Shown here piece by piece: positions 27,612 through 40,206 of a stretch of 64,000 nucleotides of DNA. Each line of letters begins with the position of its first letter. Positions within the stretch are counted from its first letter, which is position 1. Below the pieces are notes generated by a model. The model did not search any database. It had not been told where the DNA came from and worked only from the letters and a program-made list of their open reading frames with translations. The position numbers were made by a program, and so were the translations under genes. The stretch is from Octopus sinensis (lineage: Eukaryota): NCBI RefSeq assembly GCF_006345805.1, contig NC_042997.1, forward strand, positions 94,612,001 to 94,676,000, in the 5' to 3' direction.

Positions 27612-29708
27612 TAGTTTTATTTTTATAGCGTGCTTTCACTTCACTACCGAGCGCAGCTCTGTGTGCCTTGGGTATGTGCTGTGATTTGTTGTGATGCTCT
27701 GATGGTTATTGTATGGAAAGTGTTCTGCGTAGGATGTGTGCAGTGCCTAGTAGTGCAATTTTCTGTATGTTATATGTGTTTGTAAGTCCTGGTGTTTTTG
27801 TTATGTATTTGTCTGAATATATTTTTATCATGCCTAATGCACCTACTATGATAGGAATTGTTTCTGTTTTCAGGTTCCACATTCTAGTTACCTCTATTTC
27901 CAGGTCTTTGTATTTTGAGAGTTTCTCCATTTCTTTTAGAGACACGTTGTCATCTGCCGGTATTGATACATCAATTAGAAAGCATTTTTTTTCTTCATGC
28001 TCTCTGACAACTATATCTGGTCTGTTGGCCTTAATTTCTCTATCTGTGTGTATCGGCATATCCCAGAGTATGGTTGCTTTCTCGTTTTCTGTGACCTTTT
28101 CTGGTGTGTGCCTATACCATCTGTTTTCTGTTGTTATTCCATAATGTTGGCATAGCTTCCAATGTATGTAGGTTCCAACTCTGTCATGTCTGTGAATATA
28201 TTCCTTCTTAGCCAGGACTGGGCAGCTAGAGGTAATATGATTTATTGTTTCTTGTCCATCTCCACATATTCTGCAGTTACTTGTGATATTTCTTTTCATT
28301 ACATGTTTTTGGTAATTTCTGGTGGGGAGGCTTTGGTCTTGTGCTGCAATTAAAAATCCCTCTGTTTCTGCTTTGAGTCCTGAGCTTCTCAACCATTGCT
28401 GGGATTTTTCTTTGTCTATTTCTTTTGCGTTTAGTTTAGTGCAGTATTTACCATGAAGGGGCTTTTCTTGCCATCGTTTTATCATGGCTCGTTGCTGTTC
28501 TATTTTTAGTTTGGATTTCATTTGTTTTATAGCTTTTGTTGTTTCTTCATCATCTTCTTCTTCTTCTTTGTGTTTATTAGGTGGTATGATTTCTTGTTTG
28601 TATTTGTCAGCTTCCTTAAATACTGAGAACAGTTTTTTGTTTTGCTCGTGTTTTGCTGCTATCTGGATCAGTTTTCCTTCCTTCTGAAGTAGGTATTTTT
28701 GCAGTCCTATGGTGGTTATCTTATAGTAGTTTTCCAGCTGTATAAGGCCTCTACCACCTTCTATACGTTGTATATATAGTCTTTCTATGTCAGATTTTGG
28801 GTGATGCATCCTAGATCCTGTCAGTATTTTTCTTGTTTTCCTATCTATTTTGGACAGTTCATTTCGTGTCCAGTTAAGGATATTGTAGATGTAACTTATA
28901 ACTGGGACAGCTAAAGTGTTGATACCTATTATCTTGTTTTTAGCATTGAGCTCTGTTTTTAGTATTAATCTAACTCGTCTATAATATTCTTTTTTTATTT
29001 TCTCTTCATTTGTGTGTGTTGTGTCTTATCTAGTTCATGGATTCCTAAGTATTTGTAAGTTTGGCTTTGGTCTAATTCTTTTATTTCATTGGCTTTATCT
29101 AGTGTGATGTTGTTACTCTTAACTAGTTTTCCTCTTTTCATGGTTACTTTGGCGCATTTTTCTAATCCAAATTTCATATCTATTTCTTTGGTAAATCCAT
29201 GAACTGTATTTAATAGTGTTTCCAGCTGTTTGTCATTTGCAGCGTATAGCTTTAGGTCATCCATATATAAAAGGTGGCTGATCGTTTTGCCGTAACATTT
29301 ATATCCGCATCCAGTTCTATTTAGCATATCAGATAGAGGTGACAGTGCCAAGCAGAAAAGGAGTGGAGAGAGCGTGTCTCCCTGGAATATTCCTCTTCTA
29401 ATGGGGATGTCTTTGGTTTTCATGAGTCCTTCTTTTGTTTGGAGGTGTAGGACTGTTTGCCATTTATTCATAGAGTGCTCTATGAATTTTATGATTGTTG
29501 GTGCTACTTTGTTAATGGCTAGTGTTTCGAGGATCCATGTGTGGGGGATGCTATCAAACGCCTTTTTGTAGTCAATCCAGGCCATACTGAGGCCTTTCTT
29601 CTTTCTGTGGCTGTCTTCAGTTACGGCTTTATTAATCATTAGTTGATCTTTACAGCCATATGAGCCCTTGCGGCATCCTTTCTGCTCTTCTGGGAACAGA
29701 AGAGCAGA
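27610..29708 (-). mobile_element. Young 5'-truncated R4/Dong-type (RT + CCHC + REL) non-LTR retrotransposon
   Basis: DYKKAFDSIPH, GIFQGDTLSPLLF, LYMDDLKLY, CRICG..HITSSC, RPDIVV; (TAA)n on both sides. Confidence 0.92.
27706..29696 (-). pseudogene. RT-REL polyprotein ORF broken by one frameshift near 29000
   Basis: ORF 28995-29639 joins frame 27706-28995 (EKIKKEYYRRVRLILKTELNAKNK...) by a 1-nt shift; no other stops seen. Confidence 0.88.
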
Positions 29709-29742
<34 letters not shown>

Positions 29743-32045
29743 TATTATTATTATTAGAAGTAGTATTAATTTTTGGAATCCCTTCTTTCTAACTGGAAAA
29801 ACTTCCTGTTCAAAATAACGCTCCAATTTACGCGTGACTCCAATCGAATACTTGCCAAAAGAACAAAACGGTATCAACTCTAAAGGAAAAAGACATCTAA
29901 ACAAAAACCAATGAATACTCTCATATACAAGTTGTATGTAATATAAAATGTAGCAATTCAGCAAAAGATAACATTAACAGGAAACGACTGAATAACTAAA
30001 TTAGTATATGTTTTGAAAAGACAAAGAAAACCTCTAATGCGCAATTATATTCACCTATATGTGAACCCTAACTGTGAATCTTTTCAGGAGAGATAAACAG
30101 CATGAAGGTATTTCCTCATAAGACGGGCTGGACACTGCTTGAATTTATGAACTAGACACAATTGAAAAGAAAGTTAACATACCTACTTGCCAATTTCACA
30201 GGTGTCCCGTAATTAGTTGCATCGTTCGCAGATACGAAGGGTAATTTTCCCTTTACAGCAAGAGGCGAGAAGTATTGTAGAATACACGTAGTCTAGACAA
30301 ATCGAATAAGTAGTGTAATGTTAAACTATAATAGCATTAGACACAGCTCTCCGAAAGCTGATTCTACAATGTATGGGAAGATAAAACACAAGGGACGCTA
30401 TCAAGGACATAGGTGATAGTCTTTCAATACTTTTGTGTTACCCTTCGTGTAAAGTGTTCAGTACCCACACCACACTCTCTGGAGTACGCGAGTGGATGAT
30501 GTAGCAGTACTGTGCAAATTCTCACGATTGAGCAAAACCACACAACAATCCAATCTTGTGCTCTGGATCTGAAGCTAACAGGAATGCTTTTAACTAAGGG
30601 AGATATGTGAGGTAATAAAATCGTTTAAGGTCATTTTGCTTCAGTTTCAAAGAAGATAAGTAAAAGCAACGGCAACAGCTAAATTAGATTGATGATAATT
30701 AAGGAACTCTAGTTGAAATATGGATATGTCGGAGAAAAATCGTCTCGTACTCATTTTCATGAGTCAGTGCAGTGGCACTCTTCTTCGATATTCACCACTG
30801 GAGCTGACAATAAAGTGGAGATATAAAAGAAACGACAATATCAAGAAATGGATGACACTGATTTCACTCTGACTGCAGTACCATGCCATCCAATTTGTGA
30901 GACTGACACTTGAGATACAATGAAGCATCAAAAGAAAAGAAGGCAGTGAAAATAGGATTATATATTTTGTGAAAAGTATACCGCCTTCAGTAAGGAGGGA
31001 TCCATCTACAATGAGAAATTAATCTTCCCTCCGTAAATTCGAATTTTATAAAACGTTACAAGACCAACGAAAGGGAAATGTGTAATAACTGGGACGTGCA
31101 AAAGGAGAAACGAATGCAGAAAGAAGCCGGAATCAGATTACACTAAGCACTAAAAACTTGGCTGTTATTGTTTTCTTGTAATTGTTGGAAGTTTACCTAG
31201 CTCAATGAACGAAATGAGTGCTAGTTGTCCATCTTGACATCAGAACGTCTCACGAAATTTCCGGAATGTCGGCGAGTGAAATCAGAATAACGTGATTCTC
31301 TTGTTTTTAACTTTGACAACCTCATTTATAATGAAGATATGTTTATTTCTTCTATCACTATTATTATTCCCAGCATCAAGGAAAATATAATATTAAAATT
31401 ATGCTTTATCACAGCATCGGCAATAGGAAAAAGGCTGTGAATTGAAGATGAAACACAATTTCGATTACATCTTGACGCCATTCTGATGTTGCTTGAAAGC
31501 TATTTTCAAAGACTATGATCGCCGAATAAAAAAATAATGCTTGATTCATTCTGTGGAAATAATAATGCTTTTCTTTTATTTAAAAATACAGAACAAAAGC
31601 TATAAAGAAACCATGTTTGTTGGAATATGGAATCAAAATCTAAATTCAAATGTAAAGCTTATACTACAATGTTTTTGCTTACTTTGACAAATAGTCAACA
31701 TTTGATTATTAAGAATGACCACATGAAAGCCTTTGAATTACAAGGAAATCTTCGTATTGGTTTCTTTTCTTCATGTATCATAAAGGGAATTATTGGAAAT
31801 TTCAAAGAAATCTATACAACATGTTTAAATTATGCCATTGGTTCTGAGGTTTCTTGGGTAAATAAGCATGCATGAAATATTGTATATGTCTGTCTATCTA
31901 TCTATCTTCTTATGTATACACACACATACACACATATACACAGAAGATATGCGTGTGTGTTTGCTACATCATATCCCTAAACACACACACACACATACAC
32001 ACACATATATATTTATAAATATATATATATATATTATATATATAT

Positions 32046-32117
<72 letters not shown>

Positions 32118-32214
32118 CATATATATTTGCATACATATAAAAACATCGTGTTAAATATATTGGTTTCAAATTTCGACTCAAGACCAGTAATTTCGGGGTA
32201 CGGGGAAATCTATT

Positions 32215-32375
32215 ACATCTACCTAATGCTCAACTGGTACTTATTTTCTAGACTCCTAAAGGATGGATGGTAAACTCGACTTCGCTGGAATGTATACTCA
32301 AAACGTAAAGACGGACGAAATGACACTAAACGTTCTGCCCGGCGTGCTAACGATTTTGCCAGCTCACCGCCTTAA
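32215..32375 (-). mobile_element. SINE family B copy
   Basis: caactggtacttatttt...gacggacgaaatg.c.ctaa...gcccggcgtgctaacgatt.tgccagctc. Confidence 0.75.
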
Positions 32376-33112
32376 TCTTGTTAAACATATTGCTATGTTG
32401 CCTATGTAAATACTTAATATGAACAATAGACAGTCACTAATACATACTGACACATACCTACCTACAGACACTCATATACACACATTTGCGAAGAATTTGT
32501 CTCACACACAGACATTTATTTCTGGTAGTTCTCCATGAAAAACCAAGATGACTGTATTTCAGTTAAACACTCAATAAGTTGTTAGTGCAGAAGGTATGTG
32601 TTTTAGTTAGAATGCATAATAGAGTTAATGTAAATTGTTTCATTGTATACCGTCATAATGAATAGCTATGATATTAAAAACAATAAATTATTTCTATAAG
32701 ACAGATTTAATAGAGAGCTACACACATACGCACACACCTACCTTATGATGGTAGGAAAATACTTAAATTGAAAAGATCGATTAGATTATTCAGAAATTTG
32801 TAAATTTTTTAACCTATTCTAAAAGTTAAATCTCAAAGAAAGGAATTGTTTTCTTTAATGAATTGACTAGGAGGGTGGGAATTTCAAGATAATTGCAGAT
32901 TTAAGTGAAAAAAAATTAAATGTATGGCTTAGAATTTCTAATATATAGAAAGCATATAATTACTATATTTATGTATAACCTAAATTCATAATTTTCTATA
33001 GAAGAAGCAATATAAATACAATAAACAGATCTATTATTCATAAGAAAGGTAAAATATCATATATCATGATAATTGTGTTTGTTATTAAAAGAAAAATATA
33101 TTTATTTGTATA

Positions 33113-33480
33113 TTGCCCACAGGGGGCTAAACAGAGGGGGAGGGACAAGGACAAAGGGATTAAGTCAATTACATTGACCACAGTGCGTAACTAGTACTTA
33201 CTTAATCGACCCTGAAATGATGAAAGGCAAAGTCAACCTCGGCAGAATTTGAACTCAGAACGTAACGGCAGACGAAATACCTATTTCTTTACTACCCACA
33301 AGAGGCTAAACACAGAGAGGACAGACAAACGGATTAAGTCGATTATATCGACCCCAGTGCGTAACTGGTAATTATTTAATCGACCCCAAAAGAATGATCG
33401 GCAAAGTCGACCTCGGCGGAATTTGAACTGAGAAAGTAGTGGCAGACGAAATTCCGCAAAGCATTTCGCCCGGATTCTTT
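33113..33480 (-). mobile_element. SINE family B: one head plus two tandem body units
   Basis: Unit junction gacgaaatacctatttctttact at 33271-33293. Confidence 0.85.
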
Positions 33481-33804
33481 TGCTTATAATAATGAGAGAA
33501 CTACTTTTGAGCGATGCAACACAATAAGAGGAGGCCAAACGATATTTTAAGCATAGAAAGGTTAGTTCTATTTGTTTCATCACATAAGAGGCACTTGTTT
33601 GTATTTAAATATTTTAGAATCTAATCATCACGAGCACTTTGAAAATGTTTTAGTGAAACTGTAAGTCATTCGTTAATAAGAAACACTATTGAGAAAAAAC
33701 AATAAGTATAAATTAATCAGATATACTATTTCATACATGCATATACATATCCATGCATACAAATACGTACATATATGAATTTATATATATGAACTCATAT
33801 AAGA

Positions 33805-34480
33805 ATCATGGTGGAGGGGAGGAGTCCAATGCACTTTAAGTGTGGGCAAAAGGGCCACATAGAAACCACAGTTCCTACAACTAGAAGTACCTCCTCCACC
33901 TTCTGACGACCCGAAAAATGCAAGAACGATCCAACCAGCACCACCACGAAACAAACCATCAACCCACTCCAAACTTTCGAACCGAAAGAGGAAAAGAAGG
34001 CGACCAACACCCCTATAAAGAAGCCTACATAAAATGTGTCACAGAGGGACGTGGAGAACAGCAAGAAGGACACCCCAAAGGAACCACCATCAGCCTTGTT
34101 CGAGGAGACTGATGGCGGATGGACAATGGCCAAAAAGAGACGAAAAAAATGAAAGGTACGACCCCCCGCACTCATAAAAAGACCATCAAAGAAAACCCCA
34201 AGCGCGCATCCACAACATACACGCGCATACCACAAACCTCCTCAGTTACCCCAAACAAAGAAGCCATGAAAAACAAAGACAACCAAAATCCCGCACTTAT
34301 ACCATACACACAGAAAACATAAACATTCAGCTCACTTTTGCCAAACAAAGCCACCTATAATCCATTTACACAAGACGTATCACCGCCAGCAACGCCGGGG
34401 GAAAATAAACCAGCTTAGCTAAACATACATACAGAAATTCACGTGTTACCCCATATTTAGCCCCTACACACCCGAACCCC
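33805..34480 (+). mobile_element. GC-rich LINE ORF1/gag-like fragment with a broken CCHC zinc knuckle
   Basis: C/FKCGQKGHI at 33830-33861 followed by Pro/Thr/Lys-rich low-complexity coding-like sequence. Confidence 0.5.
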
Positions 34481-35004
34481 AGCGAACTCCAAAGACAATA
34501 CAATGATCTTTTTCATCAACTTTTACGCGCAATTTAATCATATGTAGCTTCAACCCATTTTGTCTAGCCTGTACTGTGAATGAAGCGTATGCCTTGCTAC
34601 TTGTGTAAGTGAGATGATTGAATGTGAGTACCAGTGATCCTGAAAGAAGATCAAAAGACAATGCGACATTCCTTCTTTATCAACGCATTCTGTCTGTCCT
34701 GATTTGTGAATGAAGACATGACTTGAACGTAAGTACCAGTAATTCTAAAAGATCAGTGATTATGCGTGGTTTGTGGACCCGCGTGTCCTTCACGCTATTT
34801 TTCTCATTTCCGCAATTTCATTATCTATACACTCTTTTGACCCCCATATTTTGCCCCTCCTGTATTGTTCCTATATGTCGACCCTAGTGGCTAATGAAGA
34901 ATTAAATTTCTTGCCGAACAACCACACAGATGATTTGTTTATAGTAATCAACTGTTTGTATAGACATAAGCTCACTCCCTCCATCAAAATCGACATTACC
35001 TGTA

Positions 35005-35158
35005 CAGGTGTAATGGCTGTCACATGCTAGATGACCAAATCATCATCGCAGAGCAACGTGAAATGAAGCTTGCTCAAGAACGCAACGCCCGTTCTAGGAA
35101 TCGAACCTATGATCTCTCATACGTGAGTTGAACACCTTAACTACTAAGCTATGCGCCT
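35005..35158 (-). mobile_element. SINE family C copy
   Basis: gagcaacgtgaaatgaag.cttgctcaagaac.caacgc...ggaatcgaacc. Confidence 0.7.
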
Positions 35159-35162
35159 ATAT

Positions 35163-35223
<61 letters not shown>

Positions 35224-35240
35224 TATATATTATATATATA

Positions 35241-35323
<83 letters not shown>

Positions 35324-35340
35324 TGTGTGTGTGTGTGTGT

Positions 35341-35711
35341 GTTCGTGTGTGTATACATGAGTGAGTGGACAACAAACGAAAGAATAGCACTCAACTAATT
35401 TATCACGAGTTACATGTGTGGATCAAAACAGTTTGCCAAAACCGTTATGTATATGTGTGTATATATGTATAAGTATATACATATGAGTGCGCGCATGTAT
35501 ATGTATATATATATAATATGTGTGTGTGTGTGGTGTGTGTGTGTGTGTGTTCGTGTGTGTATACATGAGTGAGTGGACAACAAACGAAAGAATAGCACTC
35601 AACTAATTTATCACGAGTTACATGTGTGGATCAAAACAGTTTGCCAAAACCGTTATGTATATGTGTGTATATATGTATAAGTATATACATATGAGTGCGC
35701 GCATGTATATG

Positions 35712-35727
<16 letters not shown>
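35341..35727. repeat. Apparently exact tandem duplication, period 208 bp, bounded by (GT)n/(AT)n
   Basis: 35341-35514 reads identically to 35549-35722. Confidence 0.85.
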
Positions 35728-35759
<32 letters not shown>

Positions 35760-36136
35760 GGGATAATTACGAATTCAATCTATTCCACTGGATGATACCA
35801 ACTGTGAAGCTTTTTCCCACTAGATAATAGAAAATGATCAATTGCACTAATTTTATTTTGAATATTGGAGACACAAATGTTCGTTATTGATACCTGCACA
35901 AAGTACTGCAGCGCACTATAAAGTCATATGTTCATTGCACTCTTAAGGAAAGAAAACACTTTCAAGTATTTGTTGGCACTAACAGCTACTTTTGGCCCTG
36001 TGGAGAAGCAGTGACATTACCCATGTTCTTAAAAGCTGAGAAAAAAAATGAAATATGGGAAGCCACAGGAAGTATAAAGGAATTACTTTATTCTCTGTAC
36101 CAAGAAATGCTTTCTATATCGTGCTACATATCCAGT

Positions 36137-36410
36137 CGCGTGGTTTAGTGGTTAGGGTATTCGGCTCACGGTCATAAGGTCGTGAGTTTAATTCCCGGAG
36201 AGGAGTTTCATCCTTGAGCAAGACAGTTTATTTCCTGTTGTTCCAGTCCACTCACCTGGCAAAAATGAGTAGTTCTTGTATTTCAAAGGGCCGGCCTTGT
36301 CACATTCCATGTCACGCTGAATCTCACTGAGAACTACGCTAAGGATACGCGTGTGTGTTGATTGGATCAACTGAAATTCTTGTCGTAATCGACGAGGTGT
36401 CAGTTTTTAC
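36137..36410 (+). mobile_element. SINE family C, near full length
   Basis: A box gcgtggtttagtggttag, B-box-like gagtttaattcccgg, body shared with 13488. Confidence 0.8.
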
Positions 36411-36509
36411 ATAACTAATATTTCAAAAAATTGATGCAGCATTTTAAGAAGCAGTGTTTCCTTCCAGCCATTATTGCATTGAACAAATGTGATATTCAGA
36501 AACATGGTG

Positions 36510-36748
36510 GAAGGCGACGAGCTGGCAGAAGCGTTAGCACGCCGGGCAAAATGCTAAGCGGCATTTCGTCTGCCGTTACGTTCTGAGCTCAAATTCCGCC
36601 GAGGTTGACTTTGTCTTTCATCCTTTCGGGGTCGATAAATTAAGTACCAGTTGCACACTGGGGTCGATGTAATCGACTTAGTACTTTTGTGTGTCCTTGT
36701 TTGTCCCCTCTATGTTTAGCCCCTTGTGGGCAATAAAGAAATAAGAAA
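36510..36748 (+). mobile_element. SINE family B, full monomer
   Basis: ggcgagctggcagaagcgttagcacgccgggc...agccccttgtgggcaataaagaaata (minor variants). Confidence 0.85.
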
Positions 36749-38884
36749 CATCGTTGAACAGACAACATGAAAGGGAAAATCAGTAAAGAAAAATTGCTTA
36801 GCCTTCGGTGTCCCGCAATCGTGCATCGGCGTGTACAATGACATCTGTAAAACCTTCTCCCTAAGTACATGTACAAGGTATTTGTAAGTGTTTAGCATCG
36901 TCAGTGGCATCTGCCAAGGCTGCATTATTTTGTCCCTCCTCCTATCATAGTTGGTATTGTAACGAAAACCGCCTTTGTCATCCGTGTAAAACCGCTGCTC
37001 ATGATAGCGCAAGATGAGTAGAACAAGATTTATATAGATGGTAATGTGCTAAAGTTCATATCTTATATGTAAATTTAATACATAGAGGCTCTAAGATATA
37101 TGAATACAAACTCGATTAGTTGTTGATATAAATGTTTATAGTTGTAAAGGAAGGATAAATTTCTTTCCTGAAAAAGGTAGCTTATCTATTATTGAAACTA
37201 TTTTGGTAGTTTTGGGAAGTTTTCAAAACTTTTGGCTATATAATGTTAGTGGTTATATAATGTTATAATGAGTGAATCTTAGTGAAGAGTATTTCTATTG
37301 TATTGCATCAACCCAAAGCAAGGTACACCTTTTCTGTTTTTAAATTTTGCTTTCCATGTCTTAGTTGCTTTTTTTCTTCTTAAAAAATACCTCCATTTAA
37401 GTTCGTAAGGTCTCTCAGTTGCTCTGTATATTCAAACAGCAATATAAAAGTTCTTTCACCCTCAGGTTTCACGAAAAAATAATTATGAGAGCAGCAAATT
37501 TTTAAGTCAGTTGCAGTAAATCCAATACATACGTTGTTAGCCTCAGGCGTTTTTACTGTGCATTTATGTACCATGTTCTTAGGTAGTCAGACAGAATCTA
37601 AACGTTTCTCCTTCGGGTTAGTATATTTGCAATAAGAAATATTATTCCTGCTTGGATATAATTTTGCTATGTTAGATGAAGTTATATTTGGCATCAAGTT
37701 AAGCGTGATTGAAAAGGAAAAAGATACATAAACAATATTTTTATTAGAATTCTATTGCATCTCTGGGAACAATTTTTTTCAGAGAATGGTAAAGAATATT
37801 TATGAGGTTTGTACTAACAAATATGTTTTTGTTCGTTTCTAATATTTCTACTTCTCTGCGAAGTCGGTATGCAAAGAAATAAGTATCTAGCCACTTCAAG
37901 TTAACCTTCATTAAAACATAAAGAATGATCTCTTAAAACTTGCTCTTGCTTGGTATATTTAATGAACTGATGTAGCAAGACGAAATTCATAGTTATGATT
38001 AAGTGCACTCATAAATATGGGTAACGGATGTAAATTATAATTTACCTAGAGGTGCTTTTAACAAAAACTATTGAAATATTATGAACGAAATATTTACATC
38101 TTGAACATAAATATATATCATTTTCATTTCTGTCCCAAACAAATATAACAGGTACTTTATGCTTGCATTTCTCTAATATTATGCCAGCAGTAATACGCCA
38201 ATATTCTTTAGCTTACATATGTAAGACATCTAAAAATATGTCTCTGTATTAATCCCATTCGAACAGCGCATGGAATATTTTGGTAACATCAAGTCACAAA
38301 ATTCAGATCAAAATGACATATTTTATTTTAGATTTCGAAACATTAATCACTTTATTGTATATTTTCTTAAATATCTTTTTCATGCCTATACTCTGCCTCT
38401 GGTTTACAAAGGAATAACCTTCACAATATATTGTCGCAAGTACAAATGGGCGTCATTAAACTTCCTTCGAGTTTCAAACTGTCAATGACACTGATTCGTT
38501 GAAAATTCTACTTGCTGTTAGCATTATGCAATTTGAGTTCATTTTCGATACGAGAGTTTGAAATGCAATATTATAAGAAGTGTATGGCATGATAGCTTTA
38601 GCCACATTATATTTGTTTCAGAATTTGTGTGGAACACAGAAGGAAGAGAATGACATTTGTTGTAAAGGTTTTAAATTCAGAAGCATTTACTTCAAGAGAT
38701 AATATATCAAGCATCAACATTTGTTTCGGTATTATTCCAACTGATTATCAATCGGAAAAAAACTGCTTTTCAATTCAACTTTTTCCCAGTATTTTAAAAA
38801 TTTGCGGCAACGACGCTCATAATTCGCAGTATTTAAATGTCCGGTTCAAAGGCCAATGTCGATAACATTCAGCATGAAAGTAAG

Positions 38885-39181
38885 CATGTATGTATGTATG
38901 TATGTATGTATGTATGTATGTATGTATGTATGTATGTATGTATGTATGTATGTATGTATGTATGTATGTATGTATGTATGTATGCATGTATGCATGCATG
39001 TATGTATGTATGTATGCATCTATGTATGTATGTATGTATGTATGTATGTATGTATGTATGTATGTATGTATGTATGTATGTATGCATGCATGCATGCATG
39101 TATGTATGTATGTGTATGTATGTATGTATGCATCTGTGTATGTAAGTATGCATGCATGCACGCAAAGATGTATGTATGTAT
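38885..39181. repeat. (TATG)n microsatellite
   Basis: Direct reading. Confidence 0.95.
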
Positions 39182-39296
39182 TTCAAAAAGCAGAATAGAA
39201 TGGAGGTAATTGCGAAGTGTTTCATAGATTCATGTCATGTCTATAGTGTTTTGACGAAACTATAGAAAGTTTCTTTAGTTTGTTAATATATGCAAA

Positions 39297-40206
39297 TACG
39301 GTGTACACAAAAGAAACTGGAATTTTGCAATATCATTTTATTCACTTACTTTTACATGTCTACAATTCATCGCCTCCAAAGTATTCCGCATTTAAAGCAA
39401 GGTTTCGGTCCAGATGCGTTTTCCACTGTTCGAAGCAGTCCTGGAACTCTTGTGAAGCAATGCCTTTTAACGCCTCCATCGTTTTTCTCTTAATCTCTTC
39501 CACATCTGAAAATTGCTTTCCTTTAAGGATTTTTTTCATTCGGAGAAACAAAATTGCAGTCAGTGAACAAGATCTTGTGAATAGAGAGGATGGGTAGGCG
39601 GGGTCATACCATTTTTAGAGAAAAACTGTCTCACACTCAAGGTGACGTTGCCACAGGACGGGGCGATTTTGTCTCACCGTGTCTGGCAAACGCTTCAGAA
39701 CTTCCATGTAAAATGTCTCGTTAACTGTTTGACCAGGAGGAACAAATACTGTGTAACATTTCCTTTCACATCGATGTAACAGATCAGCAATGTCTTGACA
39801 GGGGATTTTACTTGATGCACGGTTTGGGGCGTGGTGACATTGAATGTTTGCATTAACTTCCTGAAGCTCGAAAACCACTCCTAAACTTGTGTTTTGCTCA
39901 CGGCAGCGCCCTTGTAAGCTGTTTGAAGCAAAACAACTGGTTTGGCTGGCGTTGTCACCAGCAGAAAACAGAATTTCACGAAAGCATGCTGTTTCTTAGT
40001 TTAAGCCTTCGCAAAAATCAACGAACGTGGGAGAAGCACTGGAAAACAACGACGTACCACATGACGGTATGACCTCGGACCAGGACGCCAGTCGGCAGAC
40101 GGATGCTTGAGAATTGTATCAAGTGGATTTTAGCGACGGAAGTCTGAATTACAACTGGCTTGCCCCACAGGGAACGTTTCCGGTTTCTTTTGGGTACCTC
40201 CTCGTA
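39297..40206 (-). mobile_element. Internally deleted mariner element with both TIRs
   Basis: Ends tacg.tgtacacaaaagaaactgg and ccggtttcttttgggtacctcctcgta; C-terminus LKGKQFSDVEEIK..EFQDCFEQWK..EYFGGD. Confidence 0.85.

Noticed and set aside
30720-31150. Stop-poor plus frames (GYVGEKSSRTHFHESVQW...)
   Set aside because: No recognisable motif or splice sites; cannot be told apart from old TE debris or chance.
36137-36210. tRNA-like sequence (also at 13490 and 21186)
   Set aside because: Lacks a complete acceptor stem and continues into a shared SINE body, so it is a SINE head rather than a tRNA gene.
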